This document shows positions 8,340 to 16,469 of a DNA stretch of 20,000 bases, in pieces. Positions within the stretch are counted from its first letter, which is position 1, and every line of letters begins with the position of its first letter. The DNA is from an uncultured virus (IMG/VR IMGVR_UViG_3300049433_000291) (lineage: Duplodnaviria > Heunggongvirae > Uroviricota > Caudoviricetes): the IMG/VR virus record IMGVR_UViG_3300049433_000291; one strand, written 5' to 3'. The notes beneath the pieces are model-generated. The model ran no database searches and was not told the DNA's origin. It saw only the letters and a program-made list of their open reading frames with translations. The position numbers and the translations under genes were made by a program.

Positions 8340-8828
8340 TTATTGAAAATCCGTTTCAAGGCCCGGGGGAATTGGGAATTCGTTAAGGCATGAGCGACAT
8401 TCGACACGTTCATTGGTTTCTTCATCTTCGTCGTACACTTGGTAGAGGCCATTTATCGAAAGTACGCCGTCTTTGAGGCCTTCTATCTCGCGCCAGGTGG
8501 TGTGATTAGCGAGATATCGAAAGCCTTCTCCGTGTTCGGTCGGATCGTTGCCTTTATAACCGCACGTTGGGCAAATCAGTTCGGTTGGTTGAGTAATACC
8601 AAGGTCGGTGGTGAGGGAGTTTGATTTGATTTGCTCCCATTCGGTTTGAGCACGATCAAAGAGTTCTCGTAGCTCTTCAGTTTGCAAGTCCATTGACTGA
8701 CAAATTGCGGTCCAGGCATTTTCATCTATAGCTCTGGCAGCCATTATTTCGGCGAGTAAGCGTGGGAACTGAATGTCATTGCGTTGCCATGGCGAGGAGC
8801 TGAGATCGGGAAGTGTGCTTGTTTGCAT
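8340..8828 (-). CDS. Hypothetical phage/MGE-type protein with a C-terminal Zn-ribbon
   Basis: 162 aa with ATG start. The N-terminal W..NDIQFPRLLAEI...SMDL...ELFDRAQ segment is typical of phage/ICE hypotheticals (recalled, unverified). CPTC...CRSC cysteine pairs. Confidence 0.7.
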   Translation of the reverse strand: MQTSTLPDLSSSPWQRNDIQFPRLLAEIMAARAIDENAWTAICQSMDLQTEELRELFDRAQTEWEQIKSNSLTTDLGITQPTELICPTCGYKGNDPTEHGEGFRYLANHTTWREIEGLKDGVLSINGLYQVYDEDEETNERVECRSCLNEFPIPPGLETDFQ

Positions 8829-8896
8829 TGCAGTTTCTTTCTGGGTTTGAGGGGTAAGGAGAATTGGCGCATCGTGAGGTTAGTTGAGCGTGTGGC

Positions 8897-9583
8897 TCAT
8901 ACCAATGGTTCGATGTCAGCTATTCCATAGTCTTTAGGGTCAAATGATGGGTAGATGATCGCGTCTGCGTCGTGGTCGCCAGGTTCGCTTAATGGGAGGC
9001 GTAGTCCTTCGGTTTCATTATTGGTGACGAGCCTAACGAGATCTATAGCCTTTTCAATTGCGCTGGTGCCGCTTTTGGCCTCGATGCTGAGATAGAGCGG
9101 ACAACGATCTATTTCTACGCGGTAACTTGCTGGCTCGTCGTTTTCGATTTCTGGTTTTTGTTGTTTCTCATTCGTTGGCGGCGGATTTATTGAGTGGAGT
9201 GTGGTTCGCGCGAGCTCTGCGCAGTCCTGGCCGGAGAGTTGACTCATTAAATGTCGAAGCGGATTGTCTTGGAGATTACCGTTGTTAAGATCCCCATAGT
9301 TAGCAATCTGCTCCAAGGTCTTGATCGCTGGTTCATAAGCATTACAGGCGTGGACGATAAAGTCGGCGTCGGCTTTGAGCTTTGTTCGTATCTCTGTGGC
9401 TACATGAGGTAGTAATTTGCCGTCTTCGTATTCGCCTACGACTGCGAGAACCACGGGTCCTAAGCCGATGATGTGGCCTGTGCTTCCGATGATGTCAAAA
9501 GCGTCGAGGTGGGGGTCGTCCTGATGCGGACGAACGGCGTATGGTGGTGCGGTGTGCTCTGTGTGCTCTAATGCGCTGTTCAT
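8897..9583 (-). CDS. Hypothetical phage/MGE-type protein
   Basis: 228 aa, co-oriented with its neighbours. The HTAPPY...ADFIVHACNAYE pattern resembles phage HTPGPW/ANARLIAA-type proteins. Confidence 0.7.
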   Translation of the reverse strand: MNSALEHTEHTAPPYAVRPHQDDPHLDAFDIIGSTGHIIGLGPVVLAVVGEYEDGKLLPHVATEIRTKLKADADFIVHACNAYEPAIKTLEQIANYGDLNNGNLQDNPLRHLMSQLSGQDCAELARTTLHSINPPPTNEKQQKPEIENDEPASYRVEIDRCPLYLSIEAKSGTSAIEKAIDLVRLVTNNETEGLRLPLSEPGDHDADAIIYPSFDPKDYGIADIEPLV

Positions 9584-9692
9584 CGGTTTGCCTGCATTCT
9601 GGGTTGAAGGGTTTGGGTTTAATTGTTGAACAGCCAGTTAGAGTTGTGCTTGAAGCGGCCCGTACGGGTTGGCTTGGACCGTGAACGTATCC

Positions 9693-10568
9693 TTACGCGG
9701 CGGCTTGACGCTTTCGACGTGTCTTAGGTGTGCCGTTTTCAGGTGCGACGAGTGTTAGCGGGGAAGCAGTTGGTTCTTGCTCTACACGGTTTGCTTGTAC
9801 CTTCAGGCTTGCTTGCAGTGCGGTCATAATGTCGATTACGGCAGCTGGCTTTCGTACTTCGCCGGTGGTGGTGATCGTTTCTCCGGCGACTTTGGCATCG
9901 AGCATTTCTTTCAAGGCAGCGTGAAAGTGGTCCGTGGTGTCGATTTGGTCAAACGTGGTGACCATCTGCTCGACGAGCGTTGTGGCCAATTGCAGTTCGT
10001 TGTCTTGCGGCGTGGCTTGACTGGAAATTCCCGGAACATCGACCACACTGCGTACCTCGTGGCGGTAGTGCAGCTTTTGGATCATGAGGCCATCGCCGTT
10101 GGGGGAAATGGTAATCAGGTCTTCACGCTCCCGTAAAATTACCTTGCCCACTCCAATCCTTCCGCTTCGCTTCATAACTTCGCGTAGCAGGGCATAGGAT
10201 CGTTCGGCTGCCTGGCCGTTGGGGGCCGCGAAGTAAGAGGCGTCGAAGTAGGTGGTCGGAATTTCTTCCGGTTTGATGAAGCCGATGATTTCGATTGCTT
10301 CACTTGATTCTGGCGTGATCTTGGCGATCTCTTCCGGAGCGACTAGCACGTATTTTTCTTTTTCGTGTTGGTAGCCTTTGACGATCTCGTCGTTGGTTAC
10401 GGTGACGTCGCATTTCTTGCATTGTTTCTTCTGGCCGATGGGTCCCAGGCAGGCGCCAGCGTGGAGTTGGTTGAAGGAGATCTTCTCGCTGGTTTCAATG
10501 GCGTTGAAAACCTTAATCGGGATCGAGACGAGGGAAAACGTTATGCTGCCTTTCCAGATGCTGCGCAT
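9693..10568 (-). CDS. ku: Ku DNA end-binding protein (prokaryotic NHEJ Ku)
   Basis: Canonical N-terminus MRSIWKGSITFSLVSIPIK, IVKGY, YFDASYF, YALLREVM, VIDIMTALQASL and a short basic tail. The RBS AGGAG lies upstream (ctcct at ~10575-10579). Confidence 0.95.
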   Translation of the reverse strand: MRSIWKGSITFSLVSIPIKVFNAIETSEKISFNQLHAGACLGPIGQKKQCKKCDVTVTNDEIVKGYQHEKEKYVLVAPEEIAKITPESSEAIEIIGFIKPEEIPTTYFDASYFAAPNGQAAERSYALLREVMKRSGRIGVGKVILREREDLITISPNGDGLMIQKLHYRHEVRSVVDVPGISSQATPQDNELQLATTLVEQMVTTFDQIDTTDHFHAALKEMLDAKVAGETITTTGEVRKPAAVIDIMTALQASLKVQANRVEQEPTASPLTLVAPENGTPKTRRKRQAAA

Positions 10569-10602
10569 GGTGTGCTCCTAATTTAGTTAGTTAATTTGTT
10601 GC

Positions 10603-11403
10603 TCACTGCCCTTTGTATTTCAATTGCGAGATCAGGCAATGTTCCGGTTGGAGGTCGTCGCGGATGGCAACCATCCGAGGCTGGTAAACGTGATTTGAAT
10701 CGCGAAACGCGTGTAGATAGCGAACGTCTATTACCATTCCGTCCTTAACGCGAAAGTGCTTGCTGCGAATTTTGACGTTGCCACACTCGATTAGCTGGCC
10801 CTTGTCATTGAAGAGACCCAATGCAACGGAATCTTTTTCGTTCTTTTTAGTGAGTACAAACGAGCTGACTACCGTGAACTTGTGTTTGAATTGGTCAGGC
10901 TGTCGATCGGTGCGATAGGGAGAGTCAATTTTCTTCAGTACGATGCCTTCGAGGTTACGCGCATGAACTTCTTGCAATAGCGCGATTTTGCCTGCCTGTT
11001 CAAATTCAGTCCTTGCAATCTGAATCGATCTCGCTCTGGCAGCCTGGAGTGTTGCCAGTAGTTGGGTGTTTCGGTCAAGGAATTTCCAGGGGCGAATGTC
11101 TGTGCCGTTGATTTCTAGGATGTCGAATGCGTGGAGAGTTTTGGTTTCCCGGATCCACTCGCCATCGAACATGATGGGAGCGATGGGCTCGAATTGTCTT
11201 GCTTCGGCGATGATGTTTGGAGAGACGCTGCAAGTGAGGCCTTCTCGGTTGTGTGCCGTAACGGAAGAACGCTCGATGTGCAGCATGATGCGCTTGCCGT
11301 CGAATTTTTGCTGGACCGCATAGTTCGGATCGAGAAGTCTGGCGGCGGCTTCATTCCCGTCGTCGATGGCGGTTAGAAGTTGACAGGCTGCTTTGTGCTT
11401 CAC
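10603..11403 (-). CDS. Minimal ATP-dependent DNA ligase (adenylation domain plus OB domain)
   Basis: Nucleotidyltransferase motifs I QKFDG, III FDGE, IIIa AFDIL, IV EGIVLK, V FKHK, followed by a C-terminal OB-like region with QPR. 266 aa, with no polymerase or phosphoesterase domains. Confidence 0.88.
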   Translation of the reverse strand: MKHKAACQLLTAIDDGNEAAARLLDPNYAVQQKFDGKRIMLHIERSSVTAHNREGLTCSVSPNIIAEARQFEPIAPIMFDGEWIRETKTLHAFDILEINGTDIRPWKFLDRNTQLLATLQAARARSIQIARTEFEQAGKIALLQEVHARNLEGIVLKKIDSPYRTDRQPDQFKHKFTVVSSFVLTKKNEKDSVALGLFNDKGQLIECGNVKIRSKHFRVKDGMVIDVRYLHAFRDSNHVYQPRMVAIRDDLQPEHCLISQLKYKGQ

Positions 11404-11576
11404 TGTGCGATTGAGCTATTGACTGGTCTTTGCCTTGAGTAGAACTTTTTTGCGGGAGTGCAATGGGTTGCGTTCCGCTTATTTATCCCGGTAGCCAGGT
11501 TAGAAAGATGCGGAAGGCAGAGTAATGCCAGCGGCATCTCCAAGGAGGAGATGCCGGTTGCTGTCGTGCTGTGCAG

Positions 11577-12131
11577 TTAGCTCTGCGGACTGTAGGGATG
11601 ATTGTTTGCGCAGTAAATAGTAGTCTTGGCGGGTTCGCAGAGTTCGAGAATGTCTTCCTCACTGGCTGGTTGCGGGCCGCCGTCGTAGTCAATGATGCGG
11701 CCGTCGCTGTTTACTTCGACTGCGTAGAGGTTGATTTTGACGGAGGCGTGGAGTTCGGCGCCGCAATCCGGGCAGGTGCGCGCGGGGCCGGATGTTTTGG
11801 TAGAGCTGCTCTTGGATTGTCTGGAAAGTTCTGAGGCAAAGACTGGAGTTCCGTTTTCAATGGTGCAGTCTACCTGTTCGTCTTCTTCTTTCTCCCAGGA
11901 GTCACAGGTATAAGGACCTTCGCGGTCATCGCCACTTTCGTAGTTAAGATTGTCGAGCTTGTTTTTTTCAAGGAGTTCGGAGACGATTTCTTCTGCGGAG
12001 GAGGAGTCGGTAGTGCTGACTGCGACATCGGCGTATTCGGAGAGATCGCGAGCGACACGGACTACATAGGTTTTCTCCTCGTTTTCGTCCGGGGTGCTAG
12101 CTGAAGCTTTGTTATCTTTGGCTCGTTTCAT
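11577..12131 (-). CDS. Hypothetical acidic protein (DpnD/PcfM-like N-terminal motif and a C-terminal Zn-ribbon)
   Basis: KTYVVRVARDLSEYADVAVSTTDSSSAEEIV resembles the small MGE DpnD/PcfM-type motif. CPDC...C..NH near the C-terminus. Confidence 0.65.
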   Translation of the reverse strand: MKRAKDNKASASTPDENEEKTYVVRVARDLSEYADVAVSTTDSSSAEEIVSELLEKNKLDNLNYESGDDREGPYTCDSWEKEEDEQVDCTIENGTPVFASELSRQSKSSSTKTSGPARTCPDCGAELHASVKINLYAVEVNSDGRIIDYDGGPQPASEEDILELCEPAKTTIYCANNHPYSPQS

Positions 12132-12227
12132 GGTATGGGGGTAGTTTGGGTCATGCGCGTTGCTGCTGTTTGCAGGGCTCTTTATTTGCAGTTCATTGAT
12201 TGCCGCTGTTGTTTGACCATATTTGAT

Positions 12228-12473
12228 GGCGGGAAATGGGTCGTGCTCGGCTTAGTCTGAAGGCGGCGCATTTGGGCGCTTAATAGTACTTACGGTTGAG
12301 TGAGCTAAAGCGACTGTCGAACGTCGTAAACTAAAATCCTTGGTCCAGGGAGGCCACCATGTACTCGGACTGCCAACCTTTCTGAAGGGCCCCCGCAAGG
12401 GTGGGGAATGCGTCGCTTTTGGCTTAGGGCCGGAGGCGGCCCATTTCGGCGTTTAGAAGTAAGGGCGGTTGAG
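12228..12473. repeat. Degenerate direct repeat, ~73 bp x2 (12228-12300 and 12400-12473)
   Basis: Cores ggcttag-tctgaaggcggcgcatttgggcgcttaatagtacttacggttgag (12249-12300) and ggcttagggccggaggcggcccatttcggcgtttagaagtaagggcggttgag (12421-12473) match at 40/53 by hand. Similarity extends about 20 bp further left. Confidence 0.8.
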
Positions 12474-13193
12474 CCAGTAGCCTTCGACGGAGCGCCAGGT
12501 CCCGGCGGCGCGTTCGACTAATTGGATGGCTGCTTTCATCGCCTTCATCCTGGTCCATTCTCGCTTGATGAGCATGGCGGTAATTGTTTCGAGGGTGGCG
12601 CTTTCGTTTTGTTCCTCGAGGCAATTTTCGGTAAATAGCAAGTTAACGAATTCGGTGGTAAATCCTTGTTCTCGTTTGCGGCTCTTGTCTCCGAGAATAC
12701 CTTGCACGGCAGTGAAGATATCGGCACGCGCGGCCGCGCGCTGATTATCAAGCTCTGCGCTTAGCCGTCGCTGTCTTTCTTCTTCGCTTGGTACGGTGGG
12801 AATCTCTGCGTGAGTTCTAACTAATGTGGCTATCTCCGCCGCTTCAAGGCGCAGCAGTTCCTGTCCCATGGGAGTTGTGCAGATAACGTGTGGTGCGGGA
12901 TCGGTGTTGCAATGGATGTGAAGGTGCGCGTTGCTGGCCCAGCAATTACCCAAGGCCAGGCTGAGTTCTTCATCAGAGGCGCCGACTACAAGTTCTTTTT
13001 CCCAGCGACGGTGCTTTACGAATCCCTGGATGACCTGGGTGGCAAGTTCGTCGCGGGTTATCTCGATGTTGAGGGATTCGCTGTTGGCGTCGGTGCCTGT
13101 AGGCTCGGTTGTTGGGCTCGGGGCTTTAGGTTCATCGACAATAGTGGTCGTTGGTGTGAAGAGGGAAACTTGATGATGGTCAGGGCGTTTCAT
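12453..13193 (-). CDS. Hypothetical protein (~246 aa)
   Basis: The start is probably ATG 13193 (MKRPDHHQVSLF), which makes an ATGA overlap with the stop of 13190-13420. The ORF-track extension to 13316 overlaps that better-supported gene. Confidence 0.7.
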   Translation of the reverse strand: MKRPDHHQVSLFTPTTTIVDEPKAPSPTTEPTGTDANSESLNIEITRDELATQVIQGFVKHRRWEKELVVGASDEELSLALGNCWASNAHLHIHCNTDPAPHVICTTPMGQELLRLEAAEIATLVRTHAEIPTVPSEEERQRRLSAELDNQRAAARADIFTAVQGILGDKSRKREQGFTTEFVNLLFTENCLEEQNESATLETITAMLIKREWTRMKAMKAAIQLVERAAGTWRSVEGYWLNRPYF

Positions 13194-13420
13194 TTCGTGG
13201 AAGTTCGATTCGCGCGTTCTTGTTCTATTGCGTCTTCCGAACACGAGGCGTGAACATATCCTTCGTGGTTGTAAAAGCGACGATCGGAGCCGATTGGCTT
13301 TTCGCAGTAGCGGCAAACGGTGTGTGCGATAGTTCGCGATCCTGCGCAGTCAGTGTGGTGACATGGTTCGGCGCATGGTCCGTATTTTGTGCCGGGTGCT
13401 GAGAGTACGCCTGCTGCCAT
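13190..13420 (-). CDS. Small Cys/His-rich putative Zn-binding protein (76 aa)
   Basis: Strong RBS GAGGAG upstream. C-x3-C-x4-C, C-x2-C and H-x2-C ligand pattern. Coupled to the downstream gene. Confidence 0.72.
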   Translation of the reverse strand: MAAGVLSAPGTKYGPCAEPCHHTDCAGSRTIAHTVCRYCEKPIGSDRRFYNHEGYVHASCSEDAIEQERANRTSTK

Positions 13421-13440
13421 TGTAGTTAAGCTCCTCTTGC

Positions 13441-13947
13441 TCAGTTTGTGTTTGGTGCTTCAAGCTGATGGGCAGGTTCGTGTCCGGAGTCCTGGGGGGA
13501 AAGTATGGAGGTGCTTTGCTCTTCAGATTCGCCGGCCGCTCCGTTCGTTTGGAAAGTATCGGTTGTGTATTCGAAGCGGGCGACAGCCTGGCAGAGGGCA
13601 GCGTAAGCGGCGACCGGATCCGTCGAGGCTATAGTGATCGTCACGTTATTGAATTGAACTTCCTCGATCGGGAGTGTAATTTCCGATAGATGCGGCAGGG
13701 CGGCCCTTGCGATCGGAGTTTGGACCAGATCGTCAATTTTCCAGTCGACGTGTCCTTCCTGGCTGACGGTACAGAGAAGCCGCGCATCTTCCGGAGGTTG
13801 CTCGCCTTCGATCAGCGTGGCCCAGATCATTTGGTCAAAGAGCTTCCCCTTGGTTTCATAAACGAATAGGAAGGCGCGTTCGCGGGTCGCGCGTTGGATG
13901 GCTTCGTTGACGACTGTTTGGCGGATTTCGGTTGTGGTGACGGTCAT
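13441..13947 (-). CDS. Hypothetical protein (168 aa)
   Basis: ATG with AAGGA upstream. Tightly packed and co-oriented with its neighbours. Confidence 0.7.
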   Translation of the reverse strand: MTVTTTEIRQTVVNEAIQRATRERAFLFVYETKGKLFDQMIWATLIEGEQPPEDARLLCTVSQEGHVDWKIDDLVQTPIARAALPHLSEITLPIEEVQFNNVTITIASTDPVAAYAALCQAVARFEYTTDTFQTNGAAGESEEQSTSILSPQDSGHEPAHQLEAPNTN

Positions 13948-13961
13948 GAGTGTTCCTTAAG

Positions 13962-14540
13962 CTATTCGCCGGCGAGTAGTGTGATCTGGTTTTCGTCAAT
14001 TGGGCGTGTGAGATTTTTGGTTGCCGGCGCCGGAACTGCGGCCGGTATTCTAACAGGCTGGCCGATGATGCTGATCGGATTGCGTTTGCGCGGACGGAAC
14101 GCGTAGAGCTGGCGGTGAACTTCGCGAACGGTAAGGGTGGTTACTGCTGATCCGCCGATTATGGTCTCAGCGAGGTATTCAAGCTTGCGTCCTCGTTTGA
14201 AGGCCTTTTCTAGTATTGCTGGTTCTCCGGGTGTCCAACCGGCTTCAATGAGCGCATCGTGACGGCGATAGCATTGGGCGTTGTAGACGAGTAAGGAGAG
14301 CATTGAATTCTTTTCGGTGATGGAGCCGACTTGGAATTGTTGCTCGAACCAGGCTTGAAATTGCGCGTTGTATTGAAAGCCTGCTATTCGCTCGCGTTCA
14401 TTTAGCAATGAGCATAGCCAGGTGCTTTTGATCCGGAACTTGTTTAGGTTGTCAGGCAAGGAGCTTTCTAGTTGGCCAAGCAGTGCTAGAGTTTGTTCCT
14501 GGTCAAGGATCAAAAGTGGTGTAGGCTGGAAGTCGCTCAT
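13962..14540 (-). CDS. Hypothetical protein (192 aa)
   Basis: ATG start and short intergenic gaps in the co-oriented cluster. Confidence 0.7.
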   Translation of the reverse strand: MSDFQPTPLLILDQEQTLALLGQLESSLPDNLNKFRIKSTWLCSLLNERERIAGFQYNAQFQAWFEQQFQVGSITEKNSMLSLLVYNAQCYRRHDALIEAGWTPGEPAILEKAFKRGRKLEYLAETIIGGSAVTTLTVREVHRQLYAFRPRKRNPISIIGQPVRIPAAVPAPATKNLTRPIDENQITLLAGE

Positions 14541-14572
14541 GGTGATTGTTTAGCTACGAACGAGCTTGTTCT

Positions 14573-15205
14573 TCATGCTGCCTTTCTTTCCAACTCGAGG
14601 CAGCAATTAGCGCAGCGGATACGGTTTGGATTTAGTGGGCTTGGCTCAACTTCCTGGTGTGCGGTGTCGATTCCGCATTCTTCCTGCATTTCATCGAGCG
14701 CCTTGATGCAAGTGCCGAGCAGAAGTTCGAGATAGCGTTTACGGTCGTCCGCCACGTGTGGGTGCTCCGTAAGTCCGAATAGTGGACCAGCAGAGTCCAT
14801 TAGCGCCCACTCTGCTTGCCGGTGGAGATGCTCGGCTCTCAACGTTGGAGAGTGGCCTTTTGGAAGATCGGTATAACCATGGGCACGATGGGCGGCATCA
14901 CACGCGTCGTAGTACGCGCGGAGTTTGGCCTTAATCTCATCGGACTCGTCCTCGCCGTGAAGTAAGCAAAAGTCAACGTCGTCAGGCGAAGGGATAGGCT
15001 TACCGGCCAACTTCTCGCCGCGACGGGTATCGAGGCGTTCTACGGAGTTACCCTCGTAGACAAAATTGAAACTGTCGAATATCGGTTTGATGTAGGCGGC
15101 TTCGTAGATTTTGATTGTATCGGCTGCCGCTTGGGTTTCGCAGACAGCCAGGGCCAGTCTCGCGTTATCTCTGCTCCACTTTTTGAATTCATCAAGGGTT
15201 GGCAT
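14573..15205 (-). CDS. Hypothetical protein (~210 aa)
   Basis: The start is probably ATG 15205 (MPTLDEFKKW) after a purine-rich leader, rather than TTG 15256. C-terminal CANC. Confidence 0.7.
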   Translation of the reverse strand: MPTLDEFKKWSRDNARLALAVCETQAAADTIKIYEAAYIKPIFDSFNFVYEGNSVERLDTRRGEKLAGKPIPSPDDVDFCLLHGEDESDEIKAKLRAYYDACDAAHRAHGYTDLPKGHSPTLRAEHLHRQAEWALMDSAGPLFGLTEHPHVADDRKRYLELLLGTCIKALDEMQEECGIDTAHQEVEPSPLNPNRIRCANCCLELERKAA

Positions 15206-15373
15206 GGTCTCTCTCTTTTTTTCTTCCTTTATCGGTTGTAACAAAGGGGTTCCCAACTAAAGCTACGTCCGAATTCACAGCTCACAGCAATAATCCGACT
15301 CGATCTCCTGCAATAACTGTTCAAAGTATTGTGGTCGGTGCAATTTTACTTTTTCTAAATTCATGCGCGGTCG

Positions 15374-16255
15374 TCACACACGAGGATGGTGCATATCATA
15401 GGACCGTCGCAGATATCTGGTCGTTACGTGCGTATAGACTTGCGTCGTAGAAATATTGCTGTGGCCCAGAAGGGCTTGCACGTCTTTTATCTCCGCGCCG
15501 TTTTGCAGTAGGTGAGTAGCAAACGTGTGGCGCAGAGTGTGCGGCGAAATTTCTTTGATGCCGGCTATCAAGCCATAGTGCTTGATGATGGCCCAGAGGA
15601 ACTGGCGGGTAAGTGGCTCGCCGCGGTTGAGAAATAGATGAAGGTTAATGGCGCGGGGCAGGTCTTTTGTGGCGATGTAGTTTTCGAGCGCCTGCGCTGC
15701 GCTTTTGCCGATCGGGATGGTTCGTTCCTTCCTGCCTTTGCCGAAGCACGTGACGATACCGGTGCGAAGGTCAATGTTCTTTTGGCGGAGTGAAACGAGT
15801 TCAGAGGCGCGCAGGCCGGCCGCGTACATCAACTCGAGGATGGCTCGATCGCGAATCCCTTCTTTGGTTGAGAGGTCCGGCGCTGAGAGCAGTTTCTGTG
15901 TTTCTAGCTCAGTCAGGAAGGTTGGCAGATATGAAACTGGTGGAGGAGTGTCAAGGTCCTCGGTCGGAATGTTGTCGATGTATCCGTCAATGGCGAGGAA
16001 AAGAAAGAAGCCGCGGACGGCGCTGGCTATTCGGCGAACAGTTGCGGGCGATAGATGTGCGCGAGATAGCTCCGCGATAAACGTTCTGAGATCGCGTGGG
16101 CGAAGATCTTGTATTTGTTGCCCGGCTTGGTATGCGTAGTGAGTAAGCCGAGCAAGATCTTTGGCATAATTCATTATCGTGTTCTCAGAAAGGCCCTTTT
16201 CAATTCTGAGATAGCGCAGAAATTGTTTGGTGAGCGGAGGGCCTTGGGCGCGCAT
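15374..16255 (-). CDS. xerD: XerD-like tyrosine recombinase
   Basis: N-terminal SAM-like domain (FLRYLRIEKGLSENT..NY..DL). Catalytic motifs RDRAILELMYAAGLRASEL, GKGRKER, HTLRHTFATHLL, LLGHSNISTTQVY, with all R-K-H-R-H-Y residues present. The context suggests an MGE-borne rather than a housekeeping copy. Confidence 0.88.
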   Translation of the reverse strand: MRAQGPPLTKQFLRYLRIEKGLSENTIMNYAKDLARLTHYAYQAGQQIQDLRPRDLRTFIAELSRAHLSPATVRRIASAVRGFFLFLAIDGYIDNIPTEDLDTPPPVSYLPTFLTELETQKLLSAPDLSTKEGIRDRAILELMYAAGLRASELVSLRQKNIDLRTGIVTCFGKGRKERTIPIGKSAAQALENYIATKDLPRAINLHLFLNRGEPLTRQFLWAIIKHYGLIAGIKEISPHTLRHTFATHLLQNGAEIKDVQALLGHSNISTTQVYTHVTTRYLRRSYDMHHPRV

Positions 16256-16469
16256 CGCATTGTTGTCGTAATGTATGGTCTACGGCGTTTTGTCGGGCAT
16301 AACACTTCCCTGGTAATCACTTCGGCGACGATGCCGGGCGAATACGTTGCTGGAATTGCGGGCTCTGCCGGCGTGTGATGGTTGTCATTAAGGACACGTA
16401 TATATCGGCCGCTTGGATATTTAGAGATTGGCTTGTCAGCTCGAGAGTACTGTTTCGATGGCTGGCATT

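Noticed and set aside
9652..9675. Palindrome cccgtacggg downstream of Ku as a terminator
   Set aside because: There is no U-tract on the coding strand and the outer stem pairs poorly in that orientation.
12228..12473. Repeat pair as a diversity-generating retroelement TR/VR
   Set aside because: The mismatches involve all four bases rather than being adenine-specific, there is an indel, and no reverse transcriptase is present in the window.
12228..12473. Repeat pair as a CRISPR array
   Set aside because: There are only two long, diverged copies about 100 bp apart, and no cas genes.
13194..13316. ORF-track start at 13316 for the 287-aa ORF
   Set aside because: It overlaps the RBS-supported 13190-13420 gene, and ATG 13193 gives a clean ATGA coupling.
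16160..16180. dif-like gcataa-ttca-ttatcg
   Set aside because: It is inside the xerD coding sequence, has a 4-bp rather than 6-bp spacer, and lacks a proper XerD arm.
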